Assembly: GCA_963692865.2 (NCBI GenBank)
Contig: OY843592.1
Coordinates: forward strand, 1,773,690-1,837,689
Length of the DNA stretch: 64,000 nucleotides
Source: a bacterium
Lineage (GTDB): Bacteria; UBA8248
Reading direction: 5' to 3'
This document shows, in pieces, positions 39,351 through 47,773 of this stretch. Under the pieces are notes generated by a model that searched no databases, was not told where the DNA came from, and saw only the letters and a program-made list of their open reading frames with translations. A program made the position numbers and the translations under genes. The stretch's first letter is position 1. Every line of letters begins with the position of its first letter.

Positions 39351-40334
39351 ATGTTCAGGCCCTGGTCCCACATTCAATGGTTCGGCATGGGAGCGGGCGT
39401 GCTCGCCCTCATTCTCCTGCCCTCGTTCGTGGAAAACGACGAGATCAGGAAGTGGATGGACATCCTGATGGTGGCCATTCTGGCGATAAGCTGGAATTTC
39501 ATCGGCGGATTGACGGGTTATCCCTCCTTCGCGTCGGCCGCCTTTTTCGGGCTGGGGGCCTACACGACGGCCATCCTCATGAACGCAGGCTTCAATTTCT
39601 TCATCACGCTGGGGATCGGCGCGTGCTTCGGCGCTCTCGTGGCGCTTGCCCTGGGCGTTCCCATATTGAGACTGAGGGGCCACTACTTCGCGATCGCCAC
39701 CTTTGGCGTGGCGGAATTCTTCCGCGAACTCGCGGATAACCTGCGCATCACCGGCGGGGGAGACGGGATCAACCTTCCACAGATAACGGGTGGCCCGGAT
39801 TACTTCACGCGCTTTTTCTACTTCTCCATGCTCGGGGTGGCCGTGCTCGCGGTCTTGACGCAGTACTTCGTCACGCGCCATCGACTGGGCTATGGCCTCG
39901 TCGCCATCCGCGAGAACGAGGACGCGGCGGCCATGACGGGCGTGGATACGACGAAATACAAAATCATCGCCTTCGTGCTCTCTTCCATTTTCCCCGCTAT
40001 GGGAGGCGGCGTATACGCCTACCGCGCCGCGTTTCTGGAGCCCATTGATGTTTTCGACGTCTTGTTCTCCATCAAGGCGATTGTGATGTCGATGCTTGGC
40101 GGGGTGGGTACGGTGATGGGCCCGCTTGTGGGCGCGTTGATGATGGAATACCTGTCGGATTACCTCTGGGGGGCGTTCACGGAATTTCACAGCGCGTTTT
40201 TGGGAATCATCATCGTGCTGGTCGTCTTGTTCCTGCCGCGCGGCTTGATGGCCGTCTCCCAGGAGGTGAAAAGCCGTGGATGGGGGTCTTTGGGAGTAAT
40301 TCTCAAGAGCAACATACAAAGGTTCAAGGTGTGA
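39351..40334 (+). CDS. livM: branched-chain amino acid ABC transporter permease (LivM-type)
   Basis: 327 aa, multi-TM. It starts 2 nt after the livH stop. Confidence 0.8.
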   Translation: MFRPWSHIQWFGMGAGVLALILLPSFVENDEIRKWMDILMVAILAISWNFIGGLTGYPSFASAAFFGLGAYTTAILMNAGFNFFITLGIGACFGALVALALGVPILRLRGHYFAIATFGVAEFFRELADNLRITGGGDGINLPQITGGPDYFTRFFYFSMLGVAVLAVLTQYFVTRHRLGYGLVAIRENEDAAAMTGVDTTKYKIIAFVLSSIFPAMGGGVYAYRAAFLEPIDVFDVLFSIKAIVMSMLGGVGTVMGPLVGALMMEYLSDYLWGAFTEFHSAFLGIIIVLVVLFLPRGLMAVSQEVKSRGWGSLGVILKSNIQRFKV

Positions 40335-41098
40335 GCGAAACTCTTTTGGAAGGCAAGAGCGTCACGAAGCGCTTCGGTGGACTCACTGCCGTTTCAGCGG
40401 TGGATTTCACCGTGCGCAAGGGGGAGATTCTCGGCGTCATCGGTCCCAACGGCGCGGGGAAGACGACGCTGCTCAATTGCATCACGGGCCTCGACCCGGC
40501 GAACGAGGGCGAGATTCTCTTTCGCGGAGAGCGCATCGAAACCTTGAAACCACACTCGATCACGCGAAAGGGAATCGCCCGGACGTTTCAGATCGTCCAG
40601 CCTTTCGCGGGCCTTGCGGTACGCGAGAACGTCGTGATGGGCGCGCTGTTCGGCTCCCGGAAATCGAAAAAGGAAGTGAAGCTCGCCCAGGAACTCGCGG
40701 ATGACATGCTGGCGTTCGTGGGGTTGAGCGATAAGGCCGCGCAACTCGCCTCCCAGCTTACGCTCGCCGAGAGAAAACGTCTGGAATTCGCCAAATCCCT
40801 GGCCACGGAGCCGGAAGTGCTGCTTCTCGACGAGGTGAACGCCGGTCTCAACACGACGGAAATCGAGAACGCCATTTCCCTCATCCACAAGGTGAGAGAG
40901 CAGGGCGTGACCATCCTGGTGATCGAGCATTTGATGAAGGTGATCACGGACCTCTCGGATCGCGTCCTCGTCCTGCATCACGGGGAGAAGATAGCGGAAG
41001 GCTTGCCGCGCGAGGTGACGAGCGATGAGCAGGTTATCAAGGCCTATCTGGGCGAAAAATACGTTGCGATGATGAAAAAGCTGGATGAGGAGTCCTAG
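40331..41098 (+). CDS. livG: ABC transporter ATP-binding protein (LivG-type)
   Basis: GTG at 40331 overlaps the livM stop. It has Walker A GPNGAGKTT, signature LTLAERKRLEFAKSL and Walker B LLLDE. Confidence 0.8.
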   Translation: MSETLLEGKSVTKRFGGLTAVSAVDFTVRKGEILGVIGPNGAGKTTLLNCITGLDPANEGEILFRGERIETLKPHSITRKGIARTFQIVQPFAGLAVRENVVMGALFGSRKSKKEVKLAQELADDMLAFVGLSDKAAQLASQLTLAERKRLEFAKSLATEPEVLLLDEVNAGLNTTEIENAISLIHKVREQGVTILVIEHLMKVITDLSDRVLVLHHGEKIAEGLPREVTSDEQVIKAYLGEKYVAMMKKLDEES

Positions 41099-41840
41099 CG
41101 TGGCGGCGCATGAATCTCAAAACGGAACGAGCCTCCTGGAGGTGAGCGGCCTGGCGGGCGGGTATGATGACGTTCAGGTTCTGTGGGGGATCGATCTGCG
41201 CGTGGACGAAGGTGAGATAGTCGCCATCGTCGGCAGCAACGGCGTCGGCAAGTCCACGTTTCTGCGAATGCTCTCGGGCGTGCGCCCTCACCGGGCGGGA
41301 ACAATGACGCTCGACGGTGAGTCAATCGAGGGAATGGCGCCGGAGGGCATCGTCGCCAAAGGGATTTCCCATGTGCCCGAGGGCCGCAGGCTCTTCGCAG
41401 CGATGAGCGTGGAGGAGAATCTCCTGATGGGCGCTTATGCGCGGAAAATGGCCGATCAGGAACTGGCGGCGGATTTGGAGAGGGTGTACGGGTTTTTCCC
41501 GCGGCTGGCGGAGCGGAAATCCCAGCTTGCAGGGAGCATGTCCGGCGGTGAGCAGCAGATGTGCGCGATCGCCCGGGGGTTGATGGCGCGCCCCAGGCTG
41601 CTCCTGATCGACGAACTCTCCCTGGGCCTTGCGCCCAGGCTGGTGGAGGAATTGTGTGGTTTCGTCCGGCAGATAAACGAGGAGGGCGTCGCCATCATCC
41701 TGGTCGAGCAGGATGTGCTCACCGCGTTCGAGCTCGCGAGGCGGGCCTATGTTTTCGAAACCGGGCGCGTAACGATCTCCGGCACTTCGGATGAGCTTCT
41801 GGCGAATCCGCAGGTGAAGAAGGCGTATCTGGGCATGTAG
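41085..41840 (+). CDS. livF: ABC transporter ATP-binding protein (LivF-type)
   Basis: Walker A GSNGVGKST, signature MSGGEQQMCAI and Walker B LLLIDE. Confidence 0.8.
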   Translation: MRSPSVAAHESQNGTSLLEVSGLAGGYDDVQVLWGIDLRVDEGEIVAIVGSNGVGKSTFLRMLSGVRPHRAGTMTLDGESIEGMAPEGIVAKGISHVPEGRRLFAAMSVEENLLMGAYARKMADQELAADLERVYGFFPRLAERKSQLAGSMSGGEQQMCAIARGLMARPRLLLIDELSLGLAPRLVEELCGFVRQINEEGVAIILVEQDVLTAFELARRAYVFETGRVTISGTSDELLANPQVKKAYLGM

Positions 41841-41937
41841 CCCGTTTTCATATACTCTGTCTGGAATCAACTTGTATGAATATTGTGTGAGAACCGAAGA
41901 CGGAAGAGGTAGCACTCAACCATTGAGGAGGCAGGTC

Positions 41938-43146
41938 ATGAGAAGGCGTAAATTGTTGTTTCTCATCGCAGCAATCTTGTTTGTCTCTTTCGGCGTGACG
42001 GGTCTGCAGGGGCTGGACGGCGCCCAGGCGGCTGAGATCAAGTTCGGCGCCGCCTTGCCGCTCACTGGGCCGCTCGCCACCGAGGGAAAAAAGCAGCAGG
42101 CGGGCTATGAAATCTGGCGCGAGCGCGTCAACAAGGCGGGCGGCATCAACGTGGGCGGCAAGAAGATGAAGGTGAAGATCGTCTACTACGACTACGAGAG
42201 CAAGACGCCGACGGCCACCAAGCTCGCCGAGCGGCTCATTACCAAGGAAAAGGTAGACCTCCTCCTTGGCCCGTTCGGTAGCGGAGCGACGAAATCCGTC
42301 GCCGCTATCACGGAGCGTTATCAGGTGCCCCTCATCGCGCCCGTGGCGAGTTCGGAGCCGATTTTCGACCAAGGCTACAAATACCTATTCGGCCTTCTGG
42401 CGCCGAACGCGTATTTGCCGAACAACTTCCTGACGCTCTTGAAAGAGCAAAAGCCGAAGCCCAAGACCATCGCGTTCGTGACGCGCAACGACTTCTTCCC
42501 GCGCGCCGTCACGAGGATGATTAGAGCAGCGGCGAAAAAACAAGGATTCACGGACGTCTACTACGCCGAGTTTCCGAAGGATTCGAAGGATATGTCCACC
42601 TGGCTCACGATCGTGAAGGGCAAGAATCCAGACGTTCTCATGGTGGCCGGCTATCTTCCCGACACCCTACTCGCCACAAAGCAGGCGAACGAGTTGGGCG
42701 TGAAGCCCAAAATCCTGTTCACCATGGTGGGTCCGGTCTACGCGCAGTTCACGGAATCGCTCGGCGCCACGGCCAACAACATCCTGACAGCCGCATGGTG
42801 GGGCGAGGCGCTTGAATACAAGGGCGACTTCATCGGCTCGGCGCGGGATTTCGGAAAGATCTGGCGCGCCAAGTTCAAGCAGGAGCCGGACTACGTCGCC
42901 GCGGCGTCGACGGCCGCGGGCATCGTCGCCCAGAAGGCCATCGAGGCGGCGGGCACGCTGGACAAGAAGAAGGTTCGCGACGCCATTGCGAACACTAATT
43001 TGAAAACTTTCTTCGGCCCCGTGAAGTTCGACAAGCTCAACATGAACGCGGCCAGCGCCATCGTTTTGTTCCAGGTGCAGGACGGAAAACGCAAGACGGT
43101 GGGTCCGAAGAGCGTGGCGAACGCGAAATTTAGGTTTCCAAGATAG
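41938..43146 (+). CDS. ABC transporter substrate-binding protein (LivK/Peripla_BP_6-type)
   Basis: In-frame ATG at 41938 gives the signal peptide MRRRKLLFLIAAILFVSFGVTG. ..IKFGAALPLTGPLATEGK.. is typical of the family. Confidence 0.8.
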   Translation: MRRRKLLFLIAAILFVSFGVTGLQGLDGAQAAEIKFGAALPLTGPLATEGKKQQAGYEIWRERVNKAGGINVGGKKMKVKIVYYDYESKTPTATKLAERLITKEKVDLLLGPFGSGATKSVAAITERYQVPLIAPVASSEPIFDQGYKYLFGLLAPNAYLPNNFLTLLKEQKPKPKTIAFVTRNDFFPRAVTRMIRAAAKKQGFTDVYYAEFPKDSKDMSTWLTIVKGKNPDVLMVAGYLPDTLLATKQANELGVKPKILFTMVGPVYAQFTESLGATANNILTAAWWGEALEYKGDFIGSARDFGKIWRAKFKQEPDYVAAASTAAGIVAQKAIEAAGTLDKKKVRDAIANTNLKTFFGPVKFDKLNMNAASAIVLFQVQDGKRKTVGPKSVANAKFRFPR

Positions 43147-43217
43147 TTTTTAAGCCAGTTTCAGGAACGTCGCCGAGATTGAGGCAGCGTTCTTGAGCCA
43201 GGCTTTGTGGGGGGTTC

Positions 43218-44015
43218 ATGCCGACGATCCGCCAGTTGGCCGATGATGAGGTGTCCGAGGCGGCGCGAGAACTCGTAGAACGCGTCAAGACGCGCGAGAA
43301 GCGCGTATTCGGCATCGATACGCTCTCGAACATCTGGCGGTCGATGACCCACCATCCCGAATACATGGAGGCGAGTTGGGAGCGTTCGCGCGCCACCATG
43401 CAGCGCGGGGACGCGCCGCCTCTGGTGAAGGAGATGGTCGCCTCGGCGGTTTCCATCGTCAATGCGTGTGGATACTGAATCGACTCTCACATCGCCGCGG
43501 TCATGCGGATGGGGGTCGATGAGGCGGGTATCACGGAGTTGATCGGCTTGACGGATCATGTTTCGGGAATGAACAAGGTCGCCTTCGGTCTTTTGTTGGA
43601 GGATGAGGATACGCCGTCTCTTCTGCCTTATCCGGAAGAAGATAAGATCAACCCGGTCGTACGGGACCTGATGGGTGAGGTGGCGGAGGTGGAATCAGCG
43701 CGTCTGGGTGAAGACGGCGTTCCGCGCTACTGGCGCTGTCTGGCGCGAAACCGCCATTATTTCGAATCCACGTGGAACAAGCACAAGCTCATGCTCGATG
43801 GAGGCGTTCTCGAAAAACATGCCAAAGCGGCGGTTGGTTTCGGCGTGAGCGTCACGAACGGCTCCAGGTATTTCATACGGTATTTCCATGCTTATCTGGT
43901 GAATCTGGGCTGGGACCCTGGGCGAATCCTCGAAATTCTCGGGGTGGTGGATCACTACAACAGCTTCAACGCCCTGGCGACGGGAATGCAGATCGAATCG
44001 GACATCAGGCCATGA
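43218..44015 (+). CDS. AhpD/carboxymuconolactone-decarboxylase-family protein, probable selenoprotein (UGA at 43476-43478 read as Sec)
   Basis: The track ORFs 43218-43478 and 43503-44015 are in the same frame. They are separated only by one TGA and then open codons. Read through, the sequence is ..VSIVNACGY[U]IDSHIAAV.. This matches the CMD motif N-x-C-x-Y-C-x-x-x-H with UGA at the second Cys. A stem-loop starts right after the UGA. Confidence 0.65.
43479..43520 (+). promoter_or_regulatory. SECIS-like stem-loop immediately 3' of the in-frame UGA
   Basis: The outer stem pairs ATCGAC (43479-43484) with GTCGAT (43515-43520). The inner helix is CAT..CCGC / GCGG..ATG with a 2-nt bulge. The apical loop is GGTCAT (43499-43504). 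The pairing was done by eye. Confidence 0.5.
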
Positions 44016-44090
44016 TCCGAGAAGCGCTTGGGATGAATGCCGGGTGGTCGCGGCATATGACGAAGCGAGTTTTTTAGAATAGAGCTGAAG

Positions 44091-44945
44091 ATGGAATTTT
44101 TACGCGCTGGATCGGTGGATGAAGCGTTGGCGGCTGCTCGCGATGGCGCCGCATTCGTCGCGGGCGGTACGAACCTAGTGCCGGACGTGCTTTTTGAGCG
44201 CAAGAAAATAGCGCGCGCGGTGGACATCAGCCGTCTCGATGAGCTTCGTTTCATCGAGGAGGCGGGCGGAAAAATCAGAATCGGTGCGCTGGCGAATGTC
44301 ACGGATTTGCTGGAATCTGAACTGATACGCACGGCCGCCTCGCCTTTGTACGAGAGCACTCTCGAATTCGCGGGTCCTCTGGTGAGAAACCGCGCGAGCG
44401 TGGCGGGCAACCTCATGGATGCCTCGCCCGCCGCCGATTTGGCGCCTCCCCTGCTGGCGCAGGATGCCGTCGTCGAATTGGCCTCGGCGGAGGGCGAACG
44501 CAACTTACCGCTTTCGGAATTTTTCTTGGATTACAGAAAAACGGCCGCGCGTACGGAAGAACTCATGACGGCCATTGTCCTTGAACCGCTGGGGACGAGC
44601 GATCGTTGCGCTTATTATAAATTACAACTCAGGCGCGCGATGGCCATCGCCGTCGTGGGCGTTGCGGTCGTTCTTCGGATGGAAGGAGACGTTTGTGCGG
44701 AGGCCGCCGTCAGCCTGGGGGCGGTGGCCGCGGTGCCGTATCGCGCGCACGCGGCGGAGGCGTGTCTGCGTGGCAAGGAAGTTGGGGAAGCTGAAATCGA
44801 GGCGGCGGCTGAGGCAGCGAAAGATAGTGCCCGTCCTATTGACGATGTGCGGGCGAGTGCGGCGTACCGGAAGAAAATGTGCGGCGTGCTGGTCCGCCGT
44901 TTGCTCAGGAAAGCGCTGGGAATGCCGCAACCCGCGGTTGTGTGA
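44091..44945 (+). CDS. xanthine-dehydrogenase-family FAD-binding subunit (CoxM-like)
   Basis: 284 aa. ..FVAGGTNLVPD.. and ..RNRASVAGNL.. are FAD_binding_5 motifs. Confidence 0.8.
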   Translation: MEFLRAGSVDEALAAARDGAAFVAGGTNLVPDVLFERKKIARAVDISRLDELRFIEEAGGKIRIGALANVTDLLESELIRTAASPLYESTLEFAGPLVRNRASVAGNLMDASPAADLAPPLLAQDAVVELASAEGERNLPLSEFFLDYRKTAARTEELMTAIVLEPLGTSDRCAYYKLQLRRAMAIAVVGVAVVLRMEGDVCAEAAVSLGAVAAVPYRAHAAEACLRGKEVGEAEIEAAAEAAKDSARPIDDVRASAAYRKKMCGVLVRRLLRKALGMPQPAVV

Positions 44946-44960
44946 TGAATAATTTGGGTC

Positions 44961-45458
44961 ATGGGTGAGCAGACAATGAGTGCTTATGCAATCAAATTGC
45001 GCGTGAACGGAAAGGACGAAACCCTCGCCGTGCGGGGGGATGAGACGCTCCTGCGCGCTCTCAGGCGGATTGGCTACGTCGAGGTGAAACTCAGTTGCGA
45101 GGGGGGCGATTGCGGCGCGTGCGCTATTTTGCTAGACGGCGTGGCCGTGAACGCCTGCCTCATGTTCGCCGCGCAGGCGGACGGCTCGGAGATCACCACC
45201 GTGCGCGGTATCGGAACGGAAGACGACCTCCACCCGGTACAGGAACAGCTCATCGAAAAAGGAGGCGTACAGTGCGGTTTCTGCACGCCGGGAATCGTCG
45301 TATCGGCGAAGGCGCTTCTGGATGAGAACGCTGCGCCCACGCGCGAGGACATACAACGCGGCCTCGCCGGAAACCTTTGCCGCTGCACGGGCTATAAGAA
45401 GATTTTCGAGGCTGTATCGGCGGCAGCCCGGCAGATGAAGGAAGGAGGCGACTCATGA
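44961..45458 (+). CDS. (2Fe-2S)-binding subunit (CoxS-like)
   Basis: Cys clusters C-x4-C-G-x-C..C and ..QCGFCTPG..C.C match the two [2Fe-2S] motifs. The start may be Met at 44976. Confidence 0.85.
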   Translation: MGEQTMSAYAIKLRVNGKDETLAVRGDETLLRALRRIGYVEVKLSCEGGDCGACAILLDGVAVNACLMFAAQADGSEITTVRGIGTEDDLHPVQEQLIEKGGVQCGFCTPGIVVSAKALLDENAAPTREDIQRGLAGNLCRCTGYKKIFEAVSAAARQMKEGGDS

Positions 45459-47725
45459 GCACGCGCATCGTCGGCCGGCCTCATCCCATCATCGACGCCG
45501 TGGAGAAAGTCTCGGGCGCCACGGTTTTCATCAACGATCTGGAGCTTCCGGGCGCGCTGACTGGCATGGCGCTCAGGAGCCCCCATCCCCACGCCAGGAT
45601 TTTGAACCTCGACGCCTCGGACGCGGAGCGCTTGGCCGGCGTCGCCGTCGTTTTGTCGAAAAACAACACGCCGAACGCTCCTTTCGGCATCAACCACAAG
45701 GATGAGGCCGCGTTCTGCCGCGAGAAAGTCCGCTACCTGGGGGATGAAGTCGCCGCCGTGGCGGCCGTGGACGAGGAGACGGCGCGCGAGGCGCTCTCGC
45801 TCATTCGCGTGGAATATGAAGTTCTGCCCACGGTTGCGGATCCTTTCGCGGCGCAGGAGCCGGATGCGCCTCTCGTCCACGATTCCGTCGCCGGCAACAT
45901 CGCGAACGAGTTTCACATCAAACGCGGCGAAATAGACGAGGCGTTTGATAAGGCGGATGCGGTGTTCGCGGACGAGTTCCACACCCATCTCGCGCACCAA
46001 GCCTATATCGAGCCCACTGGCTGTGCGGCTCAGTGGCATCCCGACGGGAAAATCTCCGTCTGGGGCTGTCTGCAGTCGGTGTTTTTGATTCGCACCTTCA
46101 TGCTCGCGCCCGTCATGGGCAAGTCTCCCGATGATTTCCGCGTGACGCAGACCAAGCCGGGCGGCGCCTTCGGCGGCAAGCTGGACGTGAAGGCGGCTCT
46201 CATGGCGGCGATGCTGAGCCGGGCGGCGGAAAAGCCGGTCAGATTCATGATGAGCCTCGAAGAAGACCTGATCGCCATGCGCCCCAGGATGCCGGTGCAC
46301 ATCTCCCTGGAGTCCGCCTGGAAGCGCGACGGAACGCTCGCGGGCAAGCGCGTCAGGATCGTGGCGGAAAACGGCGCCTACAGTTCGCTGTCGCCCGCCA
46401 TCATGAGCTCCATCGCGCTCAGGACGGACAATCTCTACAAGACGCCCGCCGCCGAGATTCAGGGAAAACTCGCCTACACGAACATCATCCCCTCGGGCCA
46501 GATGCGGGGGTTCGGCAACGTGCAGGCGACGTACGCCTGGGAGAGCCATCTCGACAACGTGGCCGACGGCCTGGGCCTGGATCCGGCCGATCTTCGCCTC
46601 AGGAACTACACCGAAAAAGGCGACGTCTCGCTCCACGGCTGGAAAATCGCGAGTTGCGCCGTGGCCGACGCCACGAGGTACGTTGTCAGGGAGATGGACT
46701 GGAAAGCCAAGCGCGCCAGGGGAGGAAAAGGCCGCGGCGTGGGTCTCGCCAGTTGCATCCATGTTTCCGGGAATAAAGGTTTTTCGGTGGAGCTTGGCCC
46801 CGACGGCACCGACCCATCTAGCGGCGTGGTTCGGGTGAATGAGGAGGGCAGGGTCGAAATCTGGTCGGGCGAGTCGGATCTGGGCCAGGGCGCCACCAGC
46901 GTGATGGCCTACATCGCCTCCGAGGTCATGGGGATTCCCGTGGATCGGTTCAAGGTGCCGCCCACCGATACGGGCTACATGCCCTTCGGGATGGGCGCGT
47001 TCGCGAGCCGCATCACCCTGATCGGCGGCAACGCCGTCAAGCTCGCCGCCGAGGACGCGCGGAGAAACCTCTTGGACGCCGCGGTGGAGTTCATGGAAAT
47101 TCCGGCGGATGAACTCGAAATCGTGGAGGGCGATGTCCGGGCGAAGGCGCTCCCCGAGCGGAAGATGGCGGTGGGCGAGGTCGTCAGGCGGGCCGGAAGC
47201 GTGATCGAGGGCGAGGGGAAGTGGCTGGCAGGCGGAGACGTGCTCGACAAGGAGAAATACGGGAATCCCTCGACGACTTATTCCTTCAGCACCCACGGCG
47301 CCGAGGTGGAAGTGGACATGGAGACGGGCGTCGTCGATGTTCTGCGGATTTGCTGCGGCCACGATCCGGGCCGGGTGATCAACAGGCTGGGCGCGGAGGG
47401 CCAGGTCGAGGGCGGCGCGGTGCAGGGCATGAGCTACGCGATGATGGAGGGCCTGGCGCCGCTGGAGGGGCGTCTGCGCGGCAGGAATTTCCACGACTAC
47501 CTCATCGCCACCTCGATGGACGCCCCGCCCATAGAGCACGACTTCTTCGAGTCGATGGACCCTTACGGCCCCTACGGCGCGAAGGGGCTGGCCGAAGTGG
47601 CCATAAATCCGATCACGGCGGCGATTTGCAACGCCGTCTATCACGCGACGGGCGGCGCGCGAATCCGCGCCCTGCCCGTCACCCCCGAGCGCGTACTCGA
47701 AGCCATCGAAGAAGCAAGGAAGTAA
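45455..47725 (+). CDS. xanthine-dehydrogenase-family molybdopterin-binding subunit
   Basis: 756 aa with aldehyde oxidase/XDH a/b hammerhead and MoCo-binding patterns (..GGAFGGK.., ..GQG..). It overlaps the FeS subunit stop by 4 nt. The antisense 871-aa ORF is rejected. Confidence 0.85.
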   Translation: MSTRIVGRPHPIIDAVEKVSGATVFINDLELPGALTGMALRSPHPHARILNLDASDAERLAGVAVVLSKNNTPNAPFGINHKDEAAFCREKVRYLGDEVAAVAAVDEETAREALSLIRVEYEVLPTVADPFAAQEPDAPLVHDSVAGNIANEFHIKRGEIDEAFDKADAVFADEFHTHLAHQAYIEPTGCAAQWHPDGKISVWGCLQSVFLIRTFMLAPVMGKSPDDFRVTQTKPGGAFGGKLDVKAALMAAMLSRAAEKPVRFMMSLEEDLIAMRPRMPVHISLESAWKRDGTLAGKRVRIVAENGAYSSLSPAIMSSIALRTDNLYKTPAAEIQGKLAYTNIIPSGQMRGFGNVQATYAWESHLDNVADGLGLDPADLRLRNYTEKGDVSLHGWKIASCAVADATRYVVREMDWKAKRARGGKGRGVGLASCIHVSGNKGFSVELGPDGTDPSSGVVRVNEEGRVEIWSGESDLGQGATSVMAYIASEVMGIPVDRFKVPPTDTGYMPFGMGAFASRITLIGGNAVKLAAEDARRNLLDAAVEFMEIPADELEIVEGDVRAKALPERKMAVGEVVRRAGSVIEGEGKWLAGGDVLDKEKYGNPSTTYSFSTHGAEVEVDMETGVVDVLRICCGHDPGRVINRLGAEGQVEGGAVQGMSYAMMEGLAPLEGRLRGRNFHDYLIATSMDAPPIEHDFFESMDPYGPYGAKGLAEVAINPITAAICNAVYHATGGARIRALPVTPERVLEAIEEARK

Positions 47726-47773
47726 CGTACTGCCCGGTTTCCCGGAAATTCGCTCGAATCCCCAGGTGATGTC

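Noticed and set aside
43503-44015. Treating 43503-44015 as an independent 170-aa gene
   Set aside because: No SD precedes its Met. The frame is continuous with 43218-43478 through a single UGA that lands on the catalytic Cys position. The upstream piece alone would be a truncated CMD domain.
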